Origin: Eledone cirrhosa
Lineage: Eukaryota
Direction: 5' to 3'
NCBI GenBank assembly: GCA_964016885.1
Contig: OZ024743.1
Coordinates: forward strand, 264,740,001-264,804,000
DNA length: 64,000 nucleotides
The notes under the pieces are model-generated. The model was not told where the DNA came from. It did no database searches and saw only the letters and a list, made by a program, of their open reading frames with translations. This document shows, in pieces, positions 25,875-37,009 of the stretch; within the stretch, counting starts at the first letter, position 1; every line of letters begins with the position of its first letter. The translations under genes and the position numbers were made by a program.

Positions 25875-26041
25875 TCCTTACTTTATATTTATCAACTCGT
25901 GTGTCACTTCACAACATTCTTTATATATATATATAAATATATAAAAAAAATAAATAATAATAAATGTGAAGACTAAAATCCAAAGAGGGCTCGATAAGGA
26001 TAAATATATATCAAATATATAAGAACCGTAGAGCAAATATT

Positions 26042-26160
26042 TATTAAAATAACAGATTAAACTTTAAGCAAAAAATCGCTGCTTTCACCCTTAACGGGAT
26101 CTTCAGAAGATCCCGTTAAGGGTGAAAGCAGCGATTCTTTGCTTAAACTTTAATCTGTTA

Positions 26161-26168
<8 letters not shown>
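26042..26168. repeat. 127-bp palindrome (63-bp arms, 1-nt loop, 2 mismatches)
   Basis: Centre ...CGGGATCTTC A GAAGATCCCG... at 26105. Confidence 0.92.
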
Positions 26169-26211
<43 letters not shown>

Positions 26212-26413
26212 TTAAGGATACTATTTATGGTTATGTCTGTAATAAACCTTTAATGGTAATATATTATTTATACAAACCTTAAATAGTGAAAGATAACCAT
26301 TAATTACTATCCTATTACCAGTAAGATAAATAGCTCAAAGTAATAACATCAGTTGTTTTACAGAGCAGTTATATAGAGATTACAATAATCAAAGTTCAGT
26401 TTAAGTCATTTAT

Positions 26414-26462
26414 TTGCTTACAATTGTTTCCTCCAAACCGAGGTTTGGATTCTTCGGAGCAA
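26414..26462 (-). ncRNA. Minimal type I hammerhead ribozyme (variant core CCGAAGA) in the 3' pLTR
   Basis: TTGCT CCGAAGA ATCCAAAC CTCG GTTTGGAG GAAA CAATTG TA|AGCAA: 5-bp stem I, stem II hairpin, palindromic stem III. Confidence 0.8.
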
Positions 26463-28384
26463 CTATTTACTGATCTATAACATACTTGACCTCCTTTTGA
26501 ACCCAAGATACATATAAAACATATGCGCATATTGATCAACAGTGGGGTGACATTCATCAAATGATATAGCATGGCAATTTACATATACAGGTTACAGGAT
26601 AAAAATAAAAATAAAAACAAAAATGAAAATAAAGATAAACATGAAGCGTTGGCAGTCTATGAAGATAAAGCAAGAGGAAAGTTTAGAGTAGTCTGTGTAT
26701 GAAACAATCTCACGTGTAGCATGCACGCGTGTCTTATTTATACATGATTAGAGTGCGTCAGAATGATATTTGCTGGGTCAGGCAGTTGAAGCAGGCAATC
26801 GATCTTATTATGTGTGCTGAATTATTAAGTCATTTATTCGCATACATATGTATGATATACAGTCCCGGATGCAGGGAAACACCAAAATATCAGAAGCTTT
26901 CAACATACTATAAACCTTATTGTATCGTAGGCAAAGCCGTACCACTGTCTTCGCTCACCACTCACATAATCCATGAGACGCAATATATAGAACACGCGTC
27001 TATCGTATAACTCAAGATGGTTCGGCATATAATCAAGTTATATACCGTATCTAGTCGGTTCTTAATTAATAGATCATGCTGTTTAGATTCCGGAAGTGTC
27101 TGAATGACTAAGGGGAGTTAAAGCGTAAGGGGAGGTAACTAGCTAGTTATCTTAGTTAAATTATTATCCTAAACTACATTAATGGTGATTCAAATACGTG
27201 CCTATCATATGAAGTTATAACTAATTTCTAGAGTATGTTTCCCATTTATAGGTTAGAGAGTTGTCCAATATGAAGTACAAGGGTGTATATATTAGGGTGA
27301 TTACCATCCATTAAGGGGTGTCATATCTGAACATTCTATAAGAGGAGTCAGACTCTCAAATCACTGCTCCATGCAAATGTAATATAATATAACAATAGGA
27401 CCTGGTATGGTCCCACTATTATATATGCCCCCGGTATGCTCGGGTCATTGCATGTCTGAATCTCCGGTAAATCTGAATACCTTCGGGGTGGTCCGGAGAT
27501 CTAATTTCTCACATAAGGGCACTAGTCTGGTCATCAAGCAATAGACAACCCCCATCTCATATATAATCAATTAGGTATCGCATCTACAAGTTAGAGTGGA
27601 GCCTATTAATAGGTAATAAAGGAGTTCATATCATGATGATTACAATCTGGAGATTAAATCTCTCATACCAGGACACCTGACTGGCCACCAAGCAATACAT
27701 AAACTCGCATCCCACATATAGATCAGGTATCCCATCCACAAGTTAGAGTGGAGTCCAGTAACAAGTACTAAGGGAGTTCATATCATGAAGACTACAATCC
27801 GACATGGGGTGCCACACCTGGCCAATCCATAAGAAGAGTCAGACTACATAATTAATTACATGGGTCTCACTATCAGTAATGGTCTTATTATCGTACATGA
27901 CTCCCGGCGAGATTCAGGTCGTAGTATGACTGCATCCCCGGTAAATTCACCAGGGTGGTCCAGTGGCCGGTTCTCTCGTCACGAGATGCCGGTCAGGTCA
28001 CCAGGCAACACAGAGGCTCCTAACTCATGCGTCATCTGTGCATAGTTCATTGAACTGATCGTTTACAGTATATATTCACATAACAATACGATTATCTATC
28101 TAATCATCAATCTATCTCTTGGTGGCAATCCATGCACAGGACTATGTTATCGCAACCAGTACCGTGTCCGCGGTTTATACTAATCTTATACTTGTGCAAT
28201 GCAGTCTAAGTAGTCCACGGTCGAGATATCAGAATTAGAGGTACAAGGGGGTATTCCCAGGGTAGGTGGTACTAAAATGCTGTCAGTATTATCTTTAGAG
28301 TATATAAATGGGTGTGGATGTGAGGTGTAAGGTGAGCTACTGATGTTAATTGCTAGGTGTGGTGCCGGTTCCAGTCTGACATTA

Positions 28385-30868
28385 TTATATATAGGGTTTA
28401 AAGTTTTGGAACGAGTGTCGGAAGCGATGTTGGCAAGTTGCGAACACTTCTGATTTTTTATTAAGGAGATTATGTTTAGAGAAGATGATAGTATGGGTCT
28501 CTAGTAGACAGAGATTACAAAATTTATTAGGTGGTTTGTACGATGTTGGACTACCTACCACCTCCCATTTAAGTGTATATATTTTAGTTTTAGTTTTTAG
28601 ATAGGGTATGTATCCGGATAGTGAAGTGGAGTTGGCCAGACTGTGTTTTTTGAAAGAGCGGAGGTGCGAATTGTATCTAGTTTTGAAGCAGTTAGAAGTA
28701 GAGCCTATATAGGTTTCAGAAGAGTTGTTAGTTGTGACTGTACATGAGTATATGATATCCTTGGTTAAGCATTTTTTATCTAAAGGGCAGGTTCTACTTG
28801 ATCTACAGTTACAATTACTCTGGGTGCTAGTCTGCCGGTTACTATGCTGTGTAGAAGTTTGGATGTTAGCTATAGGGTTATGGTTATGTGGGTTGTGGTA
28901 CGCATCGTTAATGTTTACACTAGTGCTATTACTATTATTTCCATTGATATTACGGTTAGTTGCTACAATGTTACTTTGACTGTTATTTTGAATGTTATTT
29001 TGAAGGTTTATCGACTGTTGTGATTTAGTTTGTTGGAAGTAAGAATTAATTTTTCTTTTATTTGTACTAGCTATGTGGTATGCTAAGTTAGGCGTAGTAG
29101 AGTATGAGATCTTAATAGTGTTTTTGTTTAAAAGGCCGTGGTACCTGTGGCCGGATGGGAAGTGTTTATCTAGTAGTGAGAAGAAAGCCCTAGGTAGGTT
29201 GGTAGAGACGTTTAAATTGAAAGGAGGGTTGAAAAATGTATTATTTCTTTTTCTATTTCTGTTTTTTATGTCTGGTGATTTGTTTCCTTTAATGTTCCTA
29301 TGGTAATTTCTGTGGTGCGGGTTACTTTTGTTGTTACTATCCCTATTAGTGTGTGTGCAGTTGCTATTCCTATTATTAAATTTTCCCATGGACATGTTGT
29401 GTGAAATGATGTTGTAGCTATGTGTTTTTGTAGGTAGGAACTCTATCCCTGTATTATGGCCTGATCTAGCTAATGCCTGATTATAATACTGCGAGTTATT
29501 GTTGAACGTGTTTATGTCATAGGATAGATTAGAGATTCTATTAGATACTCCCTTAGAGATAGAGTTCAATATAGATTTAGGGTGGTTAGACTTGGTATCT
29601 ACGTAGATGAGTTTTTCATTAGGTTTGTGGAAAGGTGCATATATCATTGAGTCTAGGTAGAGTGTGGCGTCTATGAAGTTGACGTTTTTGGTGTTTTTGT
29701 CCATGGTAATACTAAGGTTAAAGTTTTTGAATGTTTTGTGCAATAGTTTTCTAGTCCTTTCTATATTGAATTTTTTATAGTCTATAAGTAGAAGTGCATC
29801 GTCGCGATACAAACCACCGCTGAGGTGCGGAAGTTCCCTGTGGATTTGGTTAAGTAAGTATAGGCCAACTAAATCAGTGACCTGCGCCGAGTCACTAGAC
29901 CCCATAGTAATGTCGAAGTTGTTATGCGTATCCTTGCGGGTCCATAATTGGTCTTCAAATGTGATTATTGTTTTACGGGCCGCAAGTATGACATCAATCT
30001 GGGGTCTAGTCAGGTCACTATTGTCCATGGCCATTATAAGTGCCTTATTTAGTAGGATAGGGGAAATAGAGGTGTAGTAAGAGTTGATATCAAATTGAAT
30101 AAATTTGTTATCCTTGTTATCTATGATATTTTTGAACCATTCAATCACCTCACCCGTATTTCCCCATTGTTTAAGGTAAATCTTGTGTTTAATCTGTGGG
30201 ATGATTTTGTCTAGAATTTTTTTGCTGATAATGCCAATGTCAGACCTGGAGGGGCAGATTAGTCTAATCGAGGGGTTGCTAATGAAGTCCACCTTATGGT
30301 CCTTCAGAGAGAATCTAGGGGGGTTTGGGGTGTAAGGTTGTGTATGTCTCTGGAGCCCTAGTTTGGATACTATATTATAGCCTTCCATATTAATATCTTC
30401 TAAGTTTTTCATGGTGGTTTTCTTGTAGTTTTTATGTAGTTCATTATATATAAACTTTCTATACGTATTATAATCTATGCTGTATATGTTATTAGTTTTG
30501 TCGGCATGTACAATAATTTTACTACTAGTTTTGAAGTCATTAATAGAGGTGCTAAGTTTGTTTAAGAAGGTGTTGTTTTTATTATGGTGTTTTTTGTATT
30601 TAATGTTTTTAACTAGTTTAATTAGGTCGTTTTCGAAGTGGTTTAGTAGTGTGTTATGAGGGGGGCTTCTAAATGTTTTAAAACCGAAGGAGTCAAATTT
30701 GTTGGTGTTATTATCCTTGCCAGATTTGTTTCTATCATAATGGAATGTCCTCCATCTCACTCTATTGATAAAGGGGTTTACACTGTTGATCAACAACTTT
30801 TCATATGTATTTTTGGTTGGTATAGGTATGTTCTTGGTTGACATAGGGAGTTGGTCTTTGATCAGCAT
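28385..30868 (-). CDS. Penelope-like reverse transcriptase with C-terminal GIY-YIG endonuclease, 827 aa, intact
   Basis: RT motifs FIQFDINSYYTSI, MGSSDSAQVTDLVG, GGLYRDDAL. Linker CNCRSSRTCPLDKKC. Endonuclease IIYSC...YIGST..FKTRYNSH, then CNLC..E and CQH. Confidence 0.95.
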   Translation of the reverse strand: MLIKDQLPMSTKNIPIPTKNTYEKLLINSVNPFINRVRWRTFHYDRNKSGKDNNTNKFDSFGFKTFRSPPHNTLLNHFENDLIKLVKNIKYKKHHNKNNTFLNKLSTSINDFKTSSKIIVHADKTNNIYSIDYNTYRKFIYNELHKNYKKTTMKNLEDINMEGYNIVSKLGLQRHTQPYTPNPPRFSLKDHKVDFISNPSIRLICPSRSDIGIISKKILDKIIPQIKHKIYLKQWGNTGEVIEWFKNIIDNKDNKFIQFDINSYYTSISPILLNKALIMAMDNSDLTRPQIDVILAARKTIITFEDQLWTRKDTHNNFDITMGSSDSAQVTDLVGLYLLNQIHRELPHLSGGLYRDDALLLIDYKKFNIERTRKLLHKTFKNFNLSITMDKNTKNVNFIDATLYLDSMIYAPFHKPNEKLIYVDTKSNHPKSILNSISKGVSNRISNLSYDINTFNNNSQYYNQALARSGHNTGIEFLPTKTHSYNIISHNMSMGKFNNRNSNCTHTNRDSNNKSNPHHRNYHRNIKGNKSPDIKNRNRKRNNTFFNPPFNLNVSTNLPRAFFSLLDKHFPSGHRYHGLLNKNTIKISYSTTPNLAYHIASTNKRKINSYFQQTKSQQSINLQNNIQNNSQSNIVATNRNINGNNSNSTSVNINDAYHNPHNHNPIANIQTSTQHSNRQTSTQSNCNCRSSRTCPLDKKCLTKDIIYSCTVTTNNSSETYIGSTSNCFKTRYNSHLRSFKKHSLANSTSLSGYIPYLKTKTKIYTLKWEVVGSPTSYKPPNKFCNLCLLETHTIIFSKHNLLNKKSEVFATCQHRFRHSFQNFKPYI

Positions 30869-31121
30869 GCTGGTAATTTATGGTATATCAGCTCAACAAA
30901 ATGGAGCAGTTATTAGTATTAAGGATACTATTTATGGTTATGTATGTAATAAAACCTTTAATGGTAATATATTATTTATACAAACCTTAAATAGTGAAAG
31001 ATAATCATTAATTACTATCCTATTACCAGTAAGATAAATAGCTCAATGTAATAACATCAGTTGTTTTACAGAGCAGTTATATAGAGATTACAATAATCAA
31101 AGTTCAGTTTAAGTCATTTAT

Positions 31122-31170
31122 TTGCTTACAGTTGTTTCCTCCAAACCGAGGTTTGGATTCTTCGGAGCAA
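31122..31170 (-). ncRNA. Hammerhead ribozyme copy in the 5' pLTR (stem III CAACTG)
   Basis: Same as 26414-26462 except one substitution that breaks the stem III palindrome. Confidence 0.72.
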
Positions 31171-31307
31171 CTATTTACTGATCTATAACATACTTGACCT
31201 CCTTTTCAACCCAAGAGACATATAAAACATATGCGCATATTGATCAACAGTGGGGTGACATTCATCAAATGATATAGCATGGCAATTTACATATACAGGT
31301 TACAGGA

Positions 31308-31460
31308 TAAAAATAAAAATAAAAATAAAAATAAAAATAAAAATAAAAATAAAAATAAAAATAAAAATAAAAATAAAAAATAAAAATAAAAATAAAAATA
31401 AAAATAAAAATAAAAATAAAAATAAAAATAAAAATAAAAATAAAAATAAAAATAAAAACA
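31308..31460. repeat. (TAAAAA)n hexamer expansion inside one pLTR copy
   Basis: About 150 bp here; only a few units at the same site in the other two copies. Confidence 0.95.
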
Positions 31461-31843
31461 AAAATGAAAATAAAGATAAACATGAAGCGTTGGCAGTCTA
31501 TGAAGATAAAGCAAGAGGAAAGTTTAGAGTAGTCTGTGTATGAAACAATCTCACGTGTAGCATGCACGCGTGTCTTATTTATACATGATTAGAGTGCGTC
31601 AGAATGATATTTGCAGGGTCTAAACTTTCCTCTTGCTTTATGTTCATAGACTGCCAACGCTTCATGTTTATCTTTATTTTCATTTTTGTTTTTATTTTTA
31701 TTTTTATCCTGTAACCTGTATATGTAAATTGCCATGCTATATCATTTGATGAATGTCACCCCACTGTTGATCAATATGCGCATATGTTTTATATGTCTCT
31801 TGGGTTGAAAAGGAGGTCAAGTATGTTATAGATCAGTAAATAG

Positions 31844-31893
31844 TTGCTCCGAAGAATCCAAACCTCGGTTTTGGAGGAAACAATTGTATGCAA
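31844..31893 (+). ncRNA. Hammerhead ribozyme copy in the inverted pLTR segment
   Basis: TTGCT CCGAAGA ATCCAAAC CTCG GTTTTGGAG GAAA CAATTG TA TGCAA (one extra T and one stem I mismatch). Confidence 0.68.
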
Positions 31894-33479
31894 ATAAATG
31901 ACTTAAACTGAACTTTGATTATTGTAATCTCTATATATATGAACATATATAGTATACGGTTCGTTCAGCGGCTACACAGCAATAGCCGTTATCTCAGTGG
32001 TGTATTGTGTCATTTCTCTATCAATTATGCATCAACTCTAATTCATTGGACTAGTTGTCTTAAGATAAACATCAGTTCTCTTCGACTATCGCTTGGAAAT
32101 GAAAACTACTATAAACTACAACCCTCCCACCGAATGCAATTACTTCCCTCTTGCGTTCCTCACTAGAATTAAGGGATCCTGGAAACATCATAGGCACTCT
32201 CAGGCTTTATCTGAATGCACGAATTCAATGAATGACCAATGTGAATCACCCAAGTTGTAACATTATACTAATATTCTCTACACTGAAAGCTATATGAATT
32301 AGTGTAATTATCGACAAGTGGTGTAACGAGGAAAATATAAACAGTGTAGTAGAATAGTTTACTTTGCTTATTTTTCGTTTGTATCTCCCTTAAATTAATT
32401 GCCTCGCTAATGTCTGTGAAAGTTCGCGATAATGAAAAGCTGCCACCAGGTGACAGATTGGTTTATCTTCCTGGTGTGTATCACGACGACAAAATGTCAA
32501 GTAAGATATAGCACCACTTTATGCCTTATTTTGGATAATTTATCAGAGCAGCAAATAAGCAAATAACTTATCAGTTATGTTTTTTTTTTAAATTAAATTA
32601 TCATTTAGAAGATTACTAAATGTTATACTGGTCTTTAATTAAAATATTTATTTCATATTATTTATTTTAAATATCTTTTATGATTTCCGCATGAACGTGA
32701 TAAAACTAAGATAATATATATCATATGGTGAAATATCGCTCAGCATAATTATTTTTTTAGTTTTTATCCTCATATCTGCCTTTATTAAAAAATTCATTAA
32801 ATTAAATAGAGTATTATTGCAAAGAAAAATAAAGATTAAATTATACTACCTTGGTATGTCAACCCAGCGAATGTCATGGTTTACAGAAAATGTCAAATTT
32901 TCATGATCGAGATTATGTGATAATATTAATAATCACAGAAACATTTCTTTGATAAATCCAAACAAATACAACATGGCGTGAAAGATTTCTCCTTTCTATC
33001 CTTCATTCAGTACTTCCTTGACGTTGTTAAAGAAAACGAGTGCTCATATTATGTTTACATGTTTTGCTGCATCGTTTGGATAAGGTAATTATCTAGATGA
33101 CCGGATAGAATTTCTATCACGGGCAGATCGGGAAAAGTTATAATTTCTCATAAGCTGTCCGTTTTAAAAATAAAAGACGAAATATTACCCCCCTTTCAGT
33201 TAAAAATAACTTGACAAGAATTGATAGCAGCCCTGTATAATAATGGTAATGATGATAGTAATGATGTTCTTTAATGTTGATCATGATGAGTATAATAATA
33301 ATTAAAAAGGCACACTTTAGCCTGGCAAAGAAGGTAATATGTAGGTGGTATCTCAATAAAAAATACTCCTAGGAAAAAACAACCCACATACCAGTCCCAT
33401 GGAATCATGACGCAACATAATACTGAAATAAGTAACCGCGTGAATGATGCAGGAGCCAATTACAGCGAAGGTCTCTCGC

Positions 33480-35040
33480 CTGGCATGTTTGGAGGCCTCA
33501 TTAACATGCAACAGATCACACAAAAAATATGGTCGCAGCTAGACACAAGTTAACAAAGGAAGAGGATGCTACGCACATGGTTTGTCAAGAAAGAGCAAAA
33601 CTGAAGGTAGGCTATGGTGTAGGGCGACGTACTTTGGACTTTCAGTTGAAAAAGGACATGCTTTCGGTGTCAGAAATTAAACTAATGAATCAAGTGAGGA
33701 AGAGGGTTAGTTAACTGAGATAGAATTATTTCGGATTAGTGAGCGTTTAAGGGGACCTGCAGATGTGCTACAAAGAGACGTTAGAGTATGAGCTAAAGAA
33801 ATTTCTACGGTTGAAATCAGGGAGGAAAATAGGTACAAGGAAATTATGATTAGACTGTTAGTACTGCTGAAGAGGAAGGCTATATATTGAACCCTATTTC
33901 TGCTGATGATGGTTACACTAGAGGATTGAGTCAAGTGAATAATGAAACGCTTGCATAACAAAGATGGCTTATGGAATTTTTAATGCCCCCGAAGAAAAAC
34001 CCAGATGAATATGAAAGGGTTAGATAGGAGTATGATGATGAATTACAAAAAAGTTAAATACTGTCATATCACATATACAGACAGAAGACTTAATGCATAA
34101 AGGAACGTTATCCTAGCTATTTATTGCACTACGTCTGGAGGAAAAATTACAACTAATGGAAACAAATCAGGATTAGGCAAAAGAACCAGGGTGTAAAAGT
34201 TGCATTGAAAACGGCATAATGTGGTTAAGGAAAGGTCTAAGTAAAATTAAGTAATTGATTAGAGGAAAATAGTAAAAGGGAAAAAAGATTGATCGAGAGA
34301 TATTCAGTAAGAAATATAAAATACGGAAGAAAATGGATTCTATGCAACAATGAATCAATTAAAACAGAAGATTTTATCGAAAAGCCACAAGATAAAAAGA
34401 TATGTGAACATCAATCAGTAGTTCAAGGATAATAGATTGCTCCTAAAATATAAAACAATTCTTCGGCACTTTAGATGGTGGGGGCATGCTGTTCATAATG
34501 ATACTCGGGCCAAGGAGTTCTTGAATCGGATTATCGGGAAACAATGTGATGCATAAAAAAGATGCCGAGTGGATAAAAAACCTTCAAGACAGAGCTACGA
34601 GGAGGAACTATACGGAGGGCATTACAATAAGCACAGTTGATTTGCAGTATAAAGTGGCTTAGTTACCACCCTGGAAAGCTCCAGATGGGAGCCATGACTT
34701 TTTTGTTGAAGAGATGCAATGTGATTTATGAAAGACTGGCTACTCAATTGAATGAATGTGTCCAGAGAGATGCAGTTGCCCCTTGGGTGGTAAAGGGAAG
34801 AACATCGCTCATAGTAAAATATACAAGTAAGGGAAATGCTGTTGGTAACTATCGTCCTATAGCATGCCCCCAACATGGAAATATGGAAGGTATTTACTGC
34901 AATATTTGTGGAGAAGGCATGTACCTCTCTTTTACTGGAAGGATCATTGTCGATGGAACGAAAAGGATGTAAGAGATATCTCAGGGTACAAAATATCACA
35001 TGATGATCGGTTTAAACTGTTTTGAGGCATTGTAAAAAAA
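33480..35040 (+). mobile_element. Degraded non-LTR retrotransposon, R4/Dong-like RT N-terminal region
   Basis: LATQLNECV..PWVVKGRTSLIVKYTSKGNAVGNYRPIAC (34637-34972), upstream KAPDG and QFKDNRL remnants. The 5' boundary is uncertain. Confidence 0.65.
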
Positions 35041-36166
35041 AACTAAAAAAGCCACATCATTATAATAGATTGAGCTCCTCAACAATGGATATTTTATAGT
35101 CATCAAAATATAGAAATCAGGGTTATGTTATTTTTTTAATCCTACAGACCATATTCAATGAGGCACAATTGCAAATTGTCACCAATTTTTCGGCTTTAAA
35201 ATGTTTTCTTCTCAAGGCTACACGAAGGAGTTTCTACTTTGCTTGAAGTGCAAGAAATAACAGCCAAATCGTTTAAAATCCCATCTTTAAAATCAAAATA
35301 GTAGATTCGTTAATGTAAATTATAGCAAAACTCCATACGACGTGTTGGACTTGGTTGAAAAACATTTGATGATTGTTAAGCTCTACTGAATTTTATATGC
35401 TAAACAACAATTTATGCAATGTATATATATTTGTTTGTTAAATTATTCGTATAAGTATTTATTCTAGACCAGCATGATCACAGGTAAGTGAGCGAAACCA
35501 GTAAAAGAATGAAAGAATCATAATTCATGATTTCATTCCTTGGAGTTCATGAAATTACAGATTTTATTTTTTTTCTTTGAGATTTCACATTAAATCTATA
35601 TCAGCATTTAAGCATATCCACTTATATGACGAAACACGCGCAGAAGCAAACACACACACACACATACAGAGAGAGACACACATACACATAAACACACACA
35701 CAAACACAGGTACATTCATATTCTTTGATTTTTGTTTTGTCACATATGCAAATTGTATCTACTGGGCGGAGTAGTATATAAATAATACTTGATATGTTGT
35801 TGAACTGTGAAATACGACAAAGTAAAATTGTTTTGAAAATATCACTGTTGTAAATACTATTAACGCCTAATGACTGTTTCTTGTGCGTATATAACCATAA
35901 TGTTTCCTCTTGTTTGCGAAAATTGAATCAATTGGTCAGCTGGGAAATTACGTATTTGCCTTCTCTGTAAATTATATAGTTGTCTAATTGTTGGTTTGTT
36001 ATCAAAGGATAACATTAGTTTCCCATTGATAAATATCGTTTAGTGCTTGGTGTGAGGTGCCGTGACTATGATTCACTTTCAAAATAGAAGTATTTGGCTT
36101 AAGTATCTATGATAATCATTCATGTTTTCCTGCATTGCAATCCATTTAAAATGACCGTTTTGCATC

Positions 36167-36330
<164 letters not shown>

Positions 36331-37009
36331 GTCTTTATGATATGTCCGTTATACAATCTAGTGTTTCGTTTTATTATTCTGTTTAATACCCGCTCATTAT
36401 AATCAACACGGTATCTATTTATGGACGTTTACCCTGTTGAAGTACTTCTGTGTGTGAAAACCATTCTTACCATTTAATGTGGAACAGTGTGTAAAGATAT
36501 ATAGAATGAAAGTTATTTATCTGCCTGATCTGTCTCTCTGGAATTAGATAGTACCGTGAATGTGACTGCTTTATAGACATTCAACTTGATAATTTTCATG
36601 AATAAGAGAATACCTTATAGTTGCATATGTACATCATTAAATGTCAATCATATTTGACATAGAGATTATTAAAATCTATCGATTGATAAAATGGTAAAGA
36701 TTTGTGTCCCACTATATGTCTCAACAGTCTCTTTTATACTAAATGACGAAGGAGGTTTCTCGACACATAAGTGTTCCAGCTGGTGCAATATTACACCAAT
36801 CCTGAATCAATGGAAAAAAGAACCGAATTTACCAAACATGCAGGCAACAAAACTGGCAAATCTTAGAAAAAATGCTTGAAATACAGTGGCTAAAAAAAAC
36901 CGGTCACATTTAATCTTTGACTACATTATTCATTTCTAGAGAAAAAACTGATGAAATTCCGGATATATTTAGTCGAAACAACTACAAAGAATGTATAAAA
37001 CATTAATTA

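Larger units (their letters stand above)
26208..31935 (-). mobile_element. Penelope-like element with tandem pseudo-LTRs and an inverted 5' pLTR segment
   Basis: Direct repeats 26208-26779 and 30915-31620 flank an RT+GIY-YIG ORF. 31621-31935 is an inverted copy of 26371-26685. (TA)n at both outer ends. Confidence 0.93.

Noticed and set aside
26208-31620. Direct repeats read as true LTRs of an LTR retrotransposon
   Set aside because: No TG..CA ends, primer-binding site, gag or integrase; the ORF is Penelope RT+GIY-YIG and an inverted partial copy is present.
32439-32456. CTCF-like motif GCTGCCACCAGGTGACAG
   Set aside because: A single short motif can occur by chance; no supporting context.
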